Shown: one piece after another, positions 29,969 to 39,112 of the stretch
Layout of the letters: each line of letters begins with the position of its first letter
Position numbering within the stretch: position 1 is the stretch's first letter
Source: Rikenellaceae bacterium
GTDB taxonomy: Bacteria > Bacteroidota > Bacteroidia > Bacteroidales > Rikenellaceae
Assembly: GCA_017425655.1 (NCBI GenBank)
Contig: JAFPAT010000009.1
Location: 2,534-66,533 of the forward strand
Length of the DNA: 64,000 nt
Direction: 5' to 3'
Program-made: the position numbers and the translations under genes
Notes under the pieces: model-generated
Seen by the model: the letters and a program-made list of their open reading frames with translations, nothing else
Database searches by the model: none
Told to the model about the DNA's origin: nothing

Positions 29969-30562
29969 TTACTTCTTGGATTCGGTCTCTTGGGCGAGTT
30001 TCGCTAATTTGGCAAGTCTTCTCTCTTTGCGAAGTCTCTTTTCCTCTTTTTTAATCGCCTCTTGTTTCATATACTCCTCGGTGGCAGCATAACTCTTTTT
30101 TAATTCCTTTTGTAACAACTCTGCCATCTCTTCTTTTGACGCATCAAGGGGGCAACAAGATATTTCTTGTAAATACGATGTAGTAACTCCTTTGCATATC
30201 GACCCATAAAATCGATATTCATTAGTTCGACACTCAGGTCGTTTAGTAGTACTATTATCTATAAAATATACTTCTGCTCGAATGCTTTTCAAAAATGCAT
30301 TCAAACCCTTGCCAGTTAGCCCCTTGTACATTGAGGAATGGTATAGTATTCTCGCCTCTTGGTATGGCATCCATCTGCAATATTTCATCGCAATGAAAGC
30401 CAAATCAATTATAGTTTGAGGATCTGTATGTGCAACTTGGGTCTTAAAAAAAGGGGGTGCTATAAAATTAAAACTTTCAGTTGTTACGATAGGTGTAATC
30501 CAATAGAATCCTTCATTGTCTATTGCGATATTGACATGCTTATAAAATTGTTGCTCTGCCAT
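29969..30562 (-). CDS. Hypothetical protein, possibly CdiI-like orphan immunity protein
   Basis: AT-rich 197-aa ORF; N-terminal pattern loosely recalls CdiI-type immunity proteins (by eye only); K/R/E-rich tail. Confidence 0.55.
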   Translation of the reverse strand: MAEQQFYKHVNIAIDNEGFYWITPIVTTESFNFIAPPFFKTQVAHTDPQTIIDLAFIAMKYCRWMPYQEARILYHSSMYKGLTGKGLNAFLKSIRAEVYFIDNSTTKRPECRTNEYRFYGSICKGVTTSYLQEISCCPLDASKEEMAELLQKELKKSYAATEEYMKQEAIKKEEKRLRKERRLAKLAKLAQETESKK

Positions 30563-30677
30563 AATGTTTATTATAATTTATTGTATTATATCATATTATG
30601 AAAGGCTTACCGATTGAAAGTAAAATGCTCATGCTAACATCTACGATACGGATCGCGCGGGTTGTTGAGTTGCAAAA

Positions 30678-30992
30678 TTAAGCATAAATCTCAATAAAAG
30701 TTATAATAGCATATGATAATAGGAACAAAAATAGTATGACAGCACGTTTCCACTCTCTTGCCAAGAATGACACAAAAATAGCAAACAGGAAATATAAAAT
30801 ATTTAGTACACACCAAAAGACATACACGCCAAGGCTCTTATAATACCAAAACATTTCATGTCCAAAATGATATGATTCAGTATCTATTGCTGCAGATACT
30901 ATTTCACGCACATCTAGTAATATGCTTGCTAAACATATCGTTATCAATAGATAGTGTATTATTTTGCTTAACTTTATCTTCTTGCCCTTCAT
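30678..30992 (-). CDS. Hypothetical three-TM membrane protein
   Basis: AT-rich 104-aa ORF, three hydrophobic segments, YHFGHE..WYY loop. Confidence 0.65.
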   Translation of the reverse strand: MKGKKIKLSKIIHYLLITICLASILLDVREIVSAAIDTESYHFGHEMFWYYKSLGVYVFWCVLNILYFLFAIFVSFLAREWKRAVILFLFLLSYAIITFIEIYA

Positions 30993-31046
30993 ATTTTATT
31001 CTTAAACGAGTCGATGAAATTTCCCACGTCGGCACATATTGGCGAA

Positions 31047-31463
31047 TTAATCAAAAAGTACCTTTGTGGAATTATACTCAATGACTTCGGTGGCAATCCA
31101 CGTACTATCGATTTGTGTAAAGAATATCAGTAAGTCGGGACGCTCTTTTGAGGGAAGATCGTGCCACCGACTACAATATATCTGCATTGTAGAGTCTCCA
31201 CTCGCGCGTAATTCTTCATAATATGGATCCATTAAAACGGAATAATTACTATCATCGAGCGTTAGTAACATCAGATCATCGACACTGGGTGTTGGCAATG
31301 TTGCCAATACCTCTTTGCGTGATTTGCCGTAATATATAGTTTGGTCATTCTGTAATATGTAAGCAGACTCAAGGTCGTAGGATTGTCTGTCTATTCGGAG
31401 AGTAAGTGCGACGACAACTCCTAAACAGACTATAATGTATGTGATATATGATATTATTCTCAT
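31047..31463 (-). CDS. Hypothetical membrane-anchored protein
   Basis: AT-rich 138-aa ORF, N-terminal TM, GKSRKEVLATL..P (SmpA/BamE-like pattern). Confidence 0.6.
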   Translation of the reverse strand: MRIISYITYIIVCLGVVVALTLRIDRQSYDLESAYILQNDQTIYYGKSRKEVLATLPTPSVDDLMLLTLDDSNYSVLMDPYYEELRASGDSTMQIYCSRWHDLPSKERPDLLIFFTQIDSTWIATEVIEYNSTKVLFD

Positions 31464-31610
31464 TGCCGAATCGCCCGTTAATTCGCAACATCGGGTTGTA
31501 AAATTACGAAAATCGAATCACAATTACAATGTTTCGGGGCGATTCTGACGCAAAAGAGTGAACAATCTCCGATTTTCTTCGTATATTCGCGTAAAATTAC
31601 TTTCCCTAAT

Positions 31611-33035
31611 ATGATTACCTTTATTATCTGTTTTGCTCTGCTCGTGGTGGCCTATTTCACCTATGGCCGTTACCTCGAAAAACTTGTGGGTGCCGAGGCG
31701 GGTCAGCCTGTTCCCTCGAAGACGCATTTTGACGGTGTGGATTATATGCCCCTGCCGAAGTGGAAAACTTTCCTGATTCAGCTGCTTAACATCGCGGGCT
31801 TGGGCCCCATTTTCGGTGCGGTGCTCGGTGCGCTGTACGGTCCCGTGGCATTCATCTGGATCACGGCAGGCGGTATTCTGTTTGGTGCGATGCACGACTT
31901 TTTGGGCGGTTGGATCTCGCTCGAAAACGACGGCCAGAGCCTGCCCGAGATCATCGGTAAGTATCTCGGCGTGGGGGTGAAGCAGGTGATGCGCATCTTT
32001 ACGGTCGGGCTTATGGTGCTGGTGGGCGCGGTCTTTCTGCTCGGCCCTGCGGGTCTGTTGGCAGGTATGACTCCGTCGATATCGGTGCAGTGGTGGACCG
32101 CTATCATCTTGATTTACTATATTTTGGCAACCCTATTGCCCGTTGATAAGATCATCGGTCGTATCTATCCGTTGTTTGGTGCAGCGTTGATGTTTATGGC
32201 GATTGGTCTGCTGGGAGTGCTGATTTTTGGCGATTATACGATCCCCGAACTGACGACACTCCAGAACTTTAAGCCCGATGCCGAGGAGTTCCCGATTATC
32301 CCGACGCTCTTTATCACGATTGCGTGCGGTGCGATTTCGGGTTTCCACGCTACGCAGTCGCCGATGATGGCGCGCTGTTTGACCGATCAGAAGCAGTGCC
32401 GACCGATATTCTTCGGCGCTATGATCTCGGAGAGCCTGATTGCGCTTGTGTGGGCGGCAATCGCAATGGCATTCTTTGGCGGTGTCGAGGCTCTGGGTGC
32501 GGCTCTTGCCGAGCACGGAAATAACGCTTCGTGGGCGGTGAAGCTGATTGCCGACACGACTTTGGGTCGCGTGGGCGGTATCCTGGCGGTGCTGGGCGTT
32601 GTCGCAGCACCGATCACGAGTGGCGATACTGCGTTCCGCAGTGCGCGACTGATTGTGGCCGACTTCCTGCACGTTGAGCAGAAGAGTGTAGCAAAGCGAC
32701 TGCTGATTTCGATACCGTTGTTTGTCATCGGCTTTATCATTACGCAGGTCGATTTCGATGTTGTGTGGCGATATTTCGCGTGGTTTAACCAGACGTTGGC
32801 TGTTGTAACGCTCTGGGCTATAACTGTATATCTGGTTCTTCGCAAGAAAAACTATTGGGTGTCGCTCTTGCCCGCAGTTGTGATGACATTTGTCTGTGGC
32901 TCGTACCTCTTCCTTGGAAAGGAGATGTTCCATTTAGACCACGCGTTGAGCTATGCCCTCGGTGGTGTGATCACTCTTGTAGTAATCTTCGTATTCATCT
33001 ATTGGAAATATAAAAATGATAAAACCACAGCTTAG
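31611..33035 (+). CDS. cstA: Carbon starvation protein A family transporter
   Basis: DGVDY, IQLLNIAGLGPIFGA, GAMHD, TIACGAISGFHATQSP, ITSGDTAFRSARL. Confidence 0.93.
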   Translation: MITFIICFALLVVAYFTYGRYLEKLVGAEAGQPVPSKTHFDGVDYMPLPKWKTFLIQLLNIAGLGPIFGAVLGALYGPVAFIWITAGGILFGAMHDFLGGWISLENDGQSLPEIIGKYLGVGVKQVMRIFTVGLMVLVGAVFLLGPAGLLAGMTPSISVQWWTAIILIYYILATLLPVDKIIGRIYPLFGAALMFMAIGLLGVLIFGDYTIPELTTLQNFKPDAEEFPIIPTLFITIACGAISGFHATQSPMMARCLTDQKQCRPIFFGAMISESLIALVWAAIAMAFFGGVEALGAALAEHGNNASWAVKLIADTTLGRVGGILAVLGVVAAPITSGDTAFRSARLIVADFLHVEQKSVAKRLLISIPLFVIGFIITQVDFDVVWRYFAWFNQTLAVVTLWAITVYLVLRKKNYWVSLLPAVVMTFVCGSYLFLGKEMFHLDHALSYALGGVITLVVIFVFIYWKYKNDKTTA

Positions 33036-33714
33036 ACCTACCGCCGATCAGACCTTCCGTCTGGTGGCTGATCCTGCAGATCGCAATTGGAATTTTGTCG
33101 AGATTCTCGCTCGTTCGCGCCGCGAGGAGCAGCAGGGCGAGATCGAAGCTGCCTGCAACACCCGCTATCACGCCGTGCAACGTCTTGAAGAGTTGCTCCC
33201 CGACTCGGGTGAGGTGATCTTCGAGTGGGAGGACGAAAACTCGCAGGCGGCATTGGAGGTGATCTACTGTTCGGCTATCGACCACTTCCTGATTGGCGAT
33301 TGGGAGATGGCTGCGGCGATGTTCGAGATGTTGCTCGAACTCGATCCCGAGGATCATCTCGAAGCAACTATTCGTCTGGCATACACCTACTTGGCTATGG
33401 AGGAGTACGACTCTTACGACGATATTGCCAACGACATCAGCGACAAATATCCCGATAAGGAGATCCTTACGTTGTGGAACGATTTCCGTCGTTCGGGCTC
33501 GTTGCCTGCGGGCGAAGTGCGCAATTTCCGCAAGCGTTTCGGAGTCTATTTCGAGGAGTTTGTGGCCGCCGAGCATCCCATTGATGAGGACTATCTGGCT
33601 GATATTGAGTCAGAGCGCCCGTCGGTCAAGGCTCTCGCACGCGAACTGTGGTTGCAGACCGAGCATCTGTGGAGCGCATTCCCAAAATTTATCGAGGCGT
33701 TGAAGAGGGCGTAA
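33016..33714 (+). CDS. TPR-like conserved hypothetical protein
   Basis: Helical repeat AAAMFEMLLELDPEDH; overlaps the cstA stop. Confidence 0.7.
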   Translation: MIKPQLRPTADQTFRLVADPADRNWNFVEILARSRREEQQGEIEAACNTRYHAVQRLEELLPDSGEVIFEWEDENSQAALEVIYCSAIDHFLIGDWEMAAAMFEMLLELDPEDHLEATIRLAYTYLAMEEYDSYDDIANDISDKYPDKEILTLWNDFRRSGSLPAGEVRNFRKRFGVYFEEFVAAEHPIDEDYLADIESERPSVKALARELWLQTEHLWSAFPKFIEALKRA

Positions 33715-33715
33715 C

Positions 33716-34669
33716 GTGAATCCTGAATCTCCAAATACTCGTCGTTTCAATAGCTACGCGGCCTATTTCCGTCGATTGATGGGCGGTCGAGTGCAGAAGC
33801 TCTCGATCAATGCGGCGTTGGGCTGCCCGAATCGCGATGGGCGTATCTCGACGGGCGGCTGCACGTTCTGCATCAACGAGGCCTTTACACCGTCGTATTG
33901 CAATCCCACGAAGAGCATTACGCAGCAGATTGACGAGGGTATCGAATTTCATACACGCCGCTACCGCACGGCCGAGGGTTATCTGGCCTATTTTCAATCA
34001 TTTTCAAATACTTACGCCCCCGTTGAGCGTCTGCGCGAACTCTACTCGGAGGCGCTGGCGCACCCGCTGGTGAAGGGTATCATTGTCGGAACGCGCCCCG
34101 ATTGTGTCGATTCGGAGAAACTCGATCTGTTGGCTGAACTTGCACGCGAGAGCTACGTTGCGGTCGAATATGGCATCGAGTCGTGCTACGATGCAACCCT
34201 CGCGCGGATCAATCGCGGCCACGATTTCGAGTGTGCCCGTCGAGCGGTGGAGATGACCGCCGAGCGCGGTCTGCATTGTGGCGCACACTTTATCCTCGGT
34301 CTGCCTGATGAGAGTGATCAAATGCTTATCGATCAAACCGATACGATTAATTCGTTGCCACTTACAACTGTCAAATTCCACCAATTACAACTCTTTCGAG
34401 GAACGGCTATGGCCGATGAGTACGACCGCGCTCCCGAGCGCTTTCGCACGTGGTCGATCGAGGAGTATCTCGATCTGTTTGTCGAGATTTTGCGCCGCCT
34501 GCGACCCGATTTGGTTGTGGAGCGTTTTGCGGGCGAGGCCCCGCCGCGCTATCACCACACCGAAGGGTGGGGATTGATCCGCAACGAGCAGCTGTTGGCG
34601 ATGCTTGATGCACGACTCGAAGCCCTCGATGCACGTCAAGGCGACCGCTACCAACCTGCAAAAAGGTGA
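33716..34669 (+). CDS. TIGR01212 (YhcC-like) radical SAM protein
   Basis: CPNRDG..GGCTFC, YFQSFSNTY, GTRPDC, INRGH, HFILGLP, VKFHQL. Confidence 0.93.
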   Translation: MNPESPNTRRFNSYAAYFRRLMGGRVQKLSINAALGCPNRDGRISTGGCTFCINEAFTPSYCNPTKSITQQIDEGIEFHTRRYRTAEGYLAYFQSFSNTYAPVERLRELYSEALAHPLVKGIIVGTRPDCVDSEKLDLLAELARESYVAVEYGIESCYDATLARINRGHDFECARRAVEMTAERGLHCGAHFILGLPDESDQMLIDQTDTINSLPLTTVKFHQLQLFRGTAMADEYDRAPERFRTWSIEEYLDLFVEILRRLRPDLVVERFAGEAPPRYHHTEGWGLIRNEQLLAMLDARLEALDARQGDRYQPAKR

Positions 34670-34780
34670 ATTTTGGAGCCTAATTTGTAAAAAAAAGCGA
34701 CCTCGCGCGATACATCGAAACGGAATTTTTAATAGTTTTGTATTTTAGAATAGTTATAAAACAAAAATAACCATACTACT

Positions 34781-35665
34781 ATGGCAGAAACGACTTCACA
34801 GAAAATCCTGCGCGGACTCAAAGAGTACGGCATAATGACGCTCGGTATGTGGATCTACGCCTTCGCGTGGTCGAGCATTATCCTTCCGGCGCGTTGTACG
34901 GGTGGTGGCGCAAGCGGTCTTGCAATGATGATCTACTACGCATCGGACGGTAATGTCGAGCTGGGTACGATGGTCGGTCTGATTAATGCAGTGCTGATCG
35001 TGGTTGCCTCGTTCATCGTCGGCTGGAAGTTCAGTACCAAAACCATCTTCTCGATCATTATGCTCTCGTTTGCTATGAATATTCTGCAAACACATCTGCC
35101 CGCCGATATTATGCAGTTGGGTAATGAGCGTCTGTTGTCGTCGATTTTGGGCGGTATTTTGTCGGGTATCGGTGTGTCGCTCTGTCTGTTGCAGGGTGGT
35201 ACGTCGGGCGGAACCGATATCGTTGCGCTGATCGTCAATAAGTATCGCACGATCAGCTATGGTCGAATTCTGTTTATTACGGACTTTATCATCATCGGTT
35301 CGTCGTTGTTGGTAACGCGTGATATCCAGATGGTTATTTTCGGTTACGTGGTTGTTGCGGCGTGCGGTTATACGGCCGATGCAGTGCTTGCAGGTGATAA
35401 GAAGTCGTCGCAGTTGATGATTATGTCGAAGCACCACGACGCTATTGCCGATGCAATTGTGAATGATCTGCATCGCGGCTGTACGGTTATGGACGGTACG
35501 GGCTGGTTCACCAAAGAGCCGACCAAGGTGGTTATGGTTCTCTGCCGCAAGAGCGAGACGAGCACAATTCTCCGCACCATTAAGCGTGTCGATCCCGATG
35601 CCTTTATTTCGAATGCGAGTGTAACGGGTGTCTATGGTCGCGGCTTCGAGGAGATCAAGCGATAG
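34781..35665 (+). CDS. YitT family membrane protein
   Basis: GGASG, GGTSGGTDIVA, RGCT..G.GW, DPDAFI..V.G.GF (DUF2179). Confidence 0.92.
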   Translation: MAETTSQKILRGLKEYGIMTLGMWIYAFAWSSIILPARCTGGGASGLAMMIYYASDGNVELGTMVGLINAVLIVVASFIVGWKFSTKTIFSIIMLSFAMNILQTHLPADIMQLGNERLLSSILGGILSGIGVSLCLLQGGTSGGTDIVALIVNKYRTISYGRILFITDFIIIGSSLLVTRDIQMVIFGYVVVAACGYTADAVLAGDKKSSQLMIMSKHHDAIADAIVNDLHRGCTVMDGTGWFTKEPTKVVMVLCRKSETSTILRTIKRVDPDAFISNASVTGVYGRGFEEIKR

Positions 35666-35689
35666 ATAGTTTCACATCTATAATTTTTC

Positions 35690-35721
35690 AAAGCGGTTCG
35701 GGTGCTCCGAGCCGCTTTTTT
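35690..35721 (+). terminator. Intrinsic terminator
   Basis: AAAGCGGTTCGG/CCGAGCCGCTTT plus T-run. Confidence 0.8.
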
Positions 35722-35792
35722 CGTGCGGTGAGGGTTGGCGGTTACGAGAATATTTCGTATATTTGACAAAATAATTGTAATAACTCCCGTTT

Positions 35793-37103
35793 ATGGCTGT
35801 TTTTGAAGTTCATGGTGGTCGCTCGTTGTCGGGCGAAATCACTCCGCAAGGTGCTAAAAATGAGGCACTACAAATTCTTTGTGCTACGCTCCTGACCGAA
35901 GAAAAGGTCATCGTACATAATGTCCCGCAGATCCTCGATGTGCAGCAGCTCATCGAATTGTTGAAGTGTATGGGCTCGAAGGTCGAACAACTTTCGGAGG
36001 ATACCTACTCGTTCCAGGCGAAGGATATCGACCTCGAATATCTCAAATCGGAGGACTATCGCCGTCGTGCAGCGCGACTGCGCGGCTCGGTGATGCTGAT
36101 CGGTCCGTTGCTGGCTCGTTTTGGTGTCGGCTATATCCCCAAGCCCGGTGGCGATAAGATCGGTCGCCGCCGTCTTGATACCCACTTTATCGGCTTCCAG
36201 AAGCTCGGCGCGAAGTTCAATTTCGATGCGGGCGAGGAGTTCTTTGCCGTTGAGGGCAAGGATTTGAAGGGTTGCTATATGTTGCTCGACGAGGCTTCGG
36301 TAACGGGTACAGCCAATATCGTTATGGCGGCTGTGCTGGCCAAGGGCACCACGACGATCTACAACGCGGCTTGCGAACCCTATCTGCAACAGTTGTGCAA
36401 GATGCTTAATCGTATGGGCGCGAAGATTTCGGGCATTGCCTCGAATCTGCTTGTGATTGAGGGCGTTGATCAGTTGGGCGGTACGGAGCACACGATGTTG
36501 CCCGATATGATCGAGGTGGGTAGTTTTATCGGTTTGGCGGCGATGACCAAGTCGGAGATCACCATTAAGAACGTCTCGTACGAAAATCTCGGAATAATCC
36601 CCGCGCAATTTGCCCGTATGGGTATCGCAATGGAGCAGCGTGGCGATGACCTCTATATTCCCAAGCAGGACCATTACAGCATTGAGAACTTTATCGATGG
36701 CTCGATTATGACCATTGCCGACGCTCCGTGGCCGGGTTTGACTCCCGACCTGTTGTCGGTATTTCTGGTTGTGGCTACGCAGGCTCGTGGCGAGGTGCTG
36801 ATCCATCAGAAGATGTTCGAGTCGCGTCTGTTCTTCGTTGATAAACTGATAGATATGGGTGCGAAGATCATCCTCTGCGACCCCCACCGCGCGACGGTTA
36901 TCGGTCTGGATCACGACCATCGTCTGCGCCCCACGCGAATGTCGTCGCCCGATATTCGTGCGGGAGTTGCGTTGCTGATTGCCGCCCTCAATGCCGACGG
37001 TCGCAGTATTATCCAGAACATCGAGCAGATCGACCGCGGATACAAAGATATCGACGGTCGCCTGAACGCCCTCGGTGCGAAGATTATCCGCCGCGAGGAG
37101 TAA
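35793..37103 (+). CDS. murA: UDP-N-acetylglucosamine 1-carboxyvinyltransferase
   Basis: GAKNEAL, LRGS, PGGDKIGRR, SVTGTAN, NAACEP, MFESR, DIRAG, IDRGY. Confidence 0.96.
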   Translation: MAVFEVHGGRSLSGEITPQGAKNEALQILCATLLTEEKVIVHNVPQILDVQQLIELLKCMGSKVEQLSEDTYSFQAKDIDLEYLKSEDYRRRAARLRGSVMLIGPLLARFGVGYIPKPGGDKIGRRRLDTHFIGFQKLGAKFNFDAGEEFFAVEGKDLKGCYMLLDEASVTGTANIVMAAVLAKGTTTIYNAACEPYLQQLCKMLNRMGAKISGIASNLLVIEGVDQLGGTEHTMLPDMIEVGSFIGLAAMTKSEITIKNVSYENLGIIPAQFARMGIAMEQRGDDLYIPKQDHYSIENFIDGSIMTIADAPWPGLTPDLLSVFLVVATQARGEVLIHQKMFESRLFFVDKLIDMGAKIILCDPHRATVIGLDHDHRLRPTRMSSPDIRAGVALLIAALNADGRSIIQNIEQIDRGYKDIDGRLNALGAKIIRREE

Positions 37104-37124
37104 GGTGCGAGTGAATAGTGCATT

Positions 37125-37159
37125 AAAAATCCCCGACTGCATTGCGGTCGGGGATTTTT
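37125..37159. terminator. Bidirectional terminator
   Basis: AAAAATCCCCGAC/GTCGGGGATTTTT. Confidence 0.85.
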
Positions 37160-37179
37160 GTATGAGAGGTCGTAGATTG

Positions 37180-38031
37180 CTATTTCTTTACGGGGAACGA
37201 GTGCTCGAGAATCATCGGCACGGCCGAAGTCCAATAGCTCCACGAGTGAGCGCCGTCGCGCACGCGGAACTCCAAAGGTACGCCTGCACGCATCATCTCG
37301 CTGAAGAAGTTGAGGTTGGGACGGATCAGGAAGTCGGTGTCGCCGCAATCAACAAACCAACGTACCGTGCGCAGAGCCTCGATCTGCTCGGGCTTTGCAG
37401 TTTGCAGGAACTCGACGGGCGAGGTGCGAACAACCGACCAGAGGAAGGGAACGGCATACGACTTTGAAACGCTGTTCTTCGGGAAGTTGTCGAGCAGACC
37501 GCTGACCGAATATACTGCGCCGAACATCTCGGGATGACGCTGGCCATAGACTACCGAGCCGCCGCCACCCATCGACAGACCTGCGATAGCGCGGTTCTCC
37601 TTGTCGCTCAACGTCTTGAAGGTTGCGTCGATATGGGGAATAAACTCCTGGAAGAAGAAATCTTCGTAGTTCCAGCCCTCGACATTGAAGTAGCCCATAT
37701 TCTCGCCTGCGAGGTTTTTGGCTGTACCTCGAGCATCGGGCATAACCACGATCATCGGGCGTACGCGACCCTCTTTGATTGCCTCGTCAGCCTGCGGTTG
37801 CAGGTTGCCCATCTTGTGCCAATTGTTGTCCTGACCGAATGCTCCGTGCAGCAGATAGAGCACGGGGAAACGCTCGGTGGCGGTGTCGTAACCGTCTGGC
37901 AGATAGACCGAATAGGTTTTGTCGGCGTTCAGAATTTCGCTATGCATGGTCAGTTCCACGATACGGCTCTGTGCCGATGCCGACACTGCGAACAGAGTCG
38001 CTAAAATAAGAGAAAAGAGTGTTTTACGCAT
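37180..38031 (-). CDS. Secreted alpha/beta-hydrolase esterase (CE1-like)
   Basis: Signal peptide ASA-Q, VYLPDGY, PVLYLLHG, AIAGLSMGG, DCG..D, GAHSW. Confidence 0.9.
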   Translation of the reverse strand: MRKTLFSLILATLFAVSASAQSRIVELTMHSEILNADKTYSVYLPDGYDTATERFPVLYLLHGAFGQDNNWHKMGNLQPQADEAIKEGRVRPMIVVMPDARGTAKNLAGENMGYFNVEGWNYEDFFFQEFIPHIDATFKTLSDKENRAIAGLSMGGGGSVVYGQRHPEMFGAVYSVSGLLDNFPKNSVSKSYAVPFLWSVVRTSPVEFLQTAKPEQIEALRTVRWFVDCGDTDFLIRPNLNFFSEMMRAGVPLEFRVRDGAHSWSYWTSAVPMILEHSFPVKK

Positions 38032-38143
38032 TGTTTCAGCTGTTTTTTTGAATAATTTTCAGCAAATATATGAAAATATTTGGAGGTTTCATAATTTTTT
38101 CCTTATCTTTGCACCCGCAAACTGAACGAAAGTTAGGTTTCAC

Positions 38144-38225
38144 GCCCAGGTGGCGGAACTGGTAGACGCGCACGTTTCAGGTGCGTGTGTCGAAAGGCGT
38201 GCAGGTTCGATTCCTGTCCTGGGCA
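38144..38225 (+). tRNA. tRNA-Leu(CAG)
   Basis: GCCCAGG acceptor stem, TT-CAG-GT loop, long variable arm, GGTTCGATTCC; promoter TATCTTTG at 38104-38111. Confidence 0.96.
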
Positions 38226-38230
38226 CTACG

Positions 38231-38260
38231 AAGGTTGATCGAAAGGTCAACCTTTTTTTT
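38231..38260 (+). terminator. tRNA-Leu terminator
   Basis: AAGGTTGATC-GAAA-GGTCAACCTT plus T-run. Confidence 0.85.
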
Positions 38261-38377
38261 GTTTTGCATCTCCCCCCCCTCGTGGCTGCCCGCGCCGAGT
38301 GAATTTTGCCGTTCGTTAAGCCGTTTTTGCAAAATTATTTTTACCTTTGTAGTCGATAACTTAAATTTCTGAGGAAG

Positions 38378-38794
38378 ATGACAATCGTTTTAATTGCAGC
38401 ATTGACGCTTTTGTTGGTCGTTGCGACCAAATTCTTTTTCGATTGGACAAACCTGTATGCCGACGAGTGGAATTGGGCAAAAATCAAAGAGGGTTACACG
38501 AAAGGTTGGCCTAAGTTGCTGGCGCTTACGGTGTTGATTCTGGCTGCGACCGCTATCGTGTGGTACGTTCTGCCCGAGCCGAAGTCGGCTTTTGCGGCTT
38601 TCGCCAAGATGTGGAACGTGTGGGTCACGACGTGGGGCGTAGTCGGAGGTTTCCAGGGTCTGCGCGGACTCTATAAGGTGTGGCGCGAAACCCGCCGTGT
38701 GTCGAAAATGTGGATCGGATTTTTGGCGTTCTGCCTCCTGATCTTTGTCGGCTCGGCAGTTTGGTTCTGCTTTGAGATTGTCAAGCTGTTCTAA
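38378..38794 (+). CDS. Hypothetical multi-TM membrane protein
   Basis: 138 aa, about four hydrophobic segments; own promoter TACCTTTG at 38342-38349; terminator at 38818-38845. Confidence 0.75.
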   Translation: MTIVLIAALTLLLVVATKFFFDWTNLYADEWNWAKIKEGYTKGWPKLLALTVLILAATAIVWYVLPEPKSAFAAFAKMWNVWVTTWGVVGGFQGLRGLYKVWRETRRVSKMWIGFLAFCLLIFVGSAVWFCFEIVKLF

Positions 38795-38877
38795 ATCCGA
38801 AACAAAATCCAATATTAAACCGTGCCCTTCGGGGTGCGGTTTTTTGTTTACGGGATTATTGATTTGGCTAACAACGA

Positions 38878-38935
38878 GAGCATACGCGGCGGCGGGGGGC
38901 GGCGCGACTTTTAGTCGCGGGCGCCGCCGCGTATG
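38878..38935. repeat. GC-rich REP-like hairpin; one arm recurs inverted at 43602-43629
   Basis: CATACGCGGCGGCG..CGCGACT-TTT-AGTCGCG..CGCCGCCGCGTATG. Confidence 0.6.
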
Positions 38936-39112
38936 ACGATTTCGGTGAAATCGTGTTGGGCTTTGTCGTTTGTTGTTGGCGAAAATCTCCCCTAAAAACC
39001 TAAAAATATAAATATATATAGGTAAATCGGTTGATGATTCGCGAAAAAAGTTTATTTTTGCAAGATGTATTGAACTCATTCGAAAGAAAACAACAAAAAT
39101 ATACAACAAGTT

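Noticed and set aside
29561-31539. tRNA-Thr as an integration site; TGTTTCGGGG direct repeat at 29561 and 31530
   Set aside because: The insert lies on the 5' side of the tRNA, there is no duplicated tRNA 3' end or integrase, and a 10-bp match is weak evidence.
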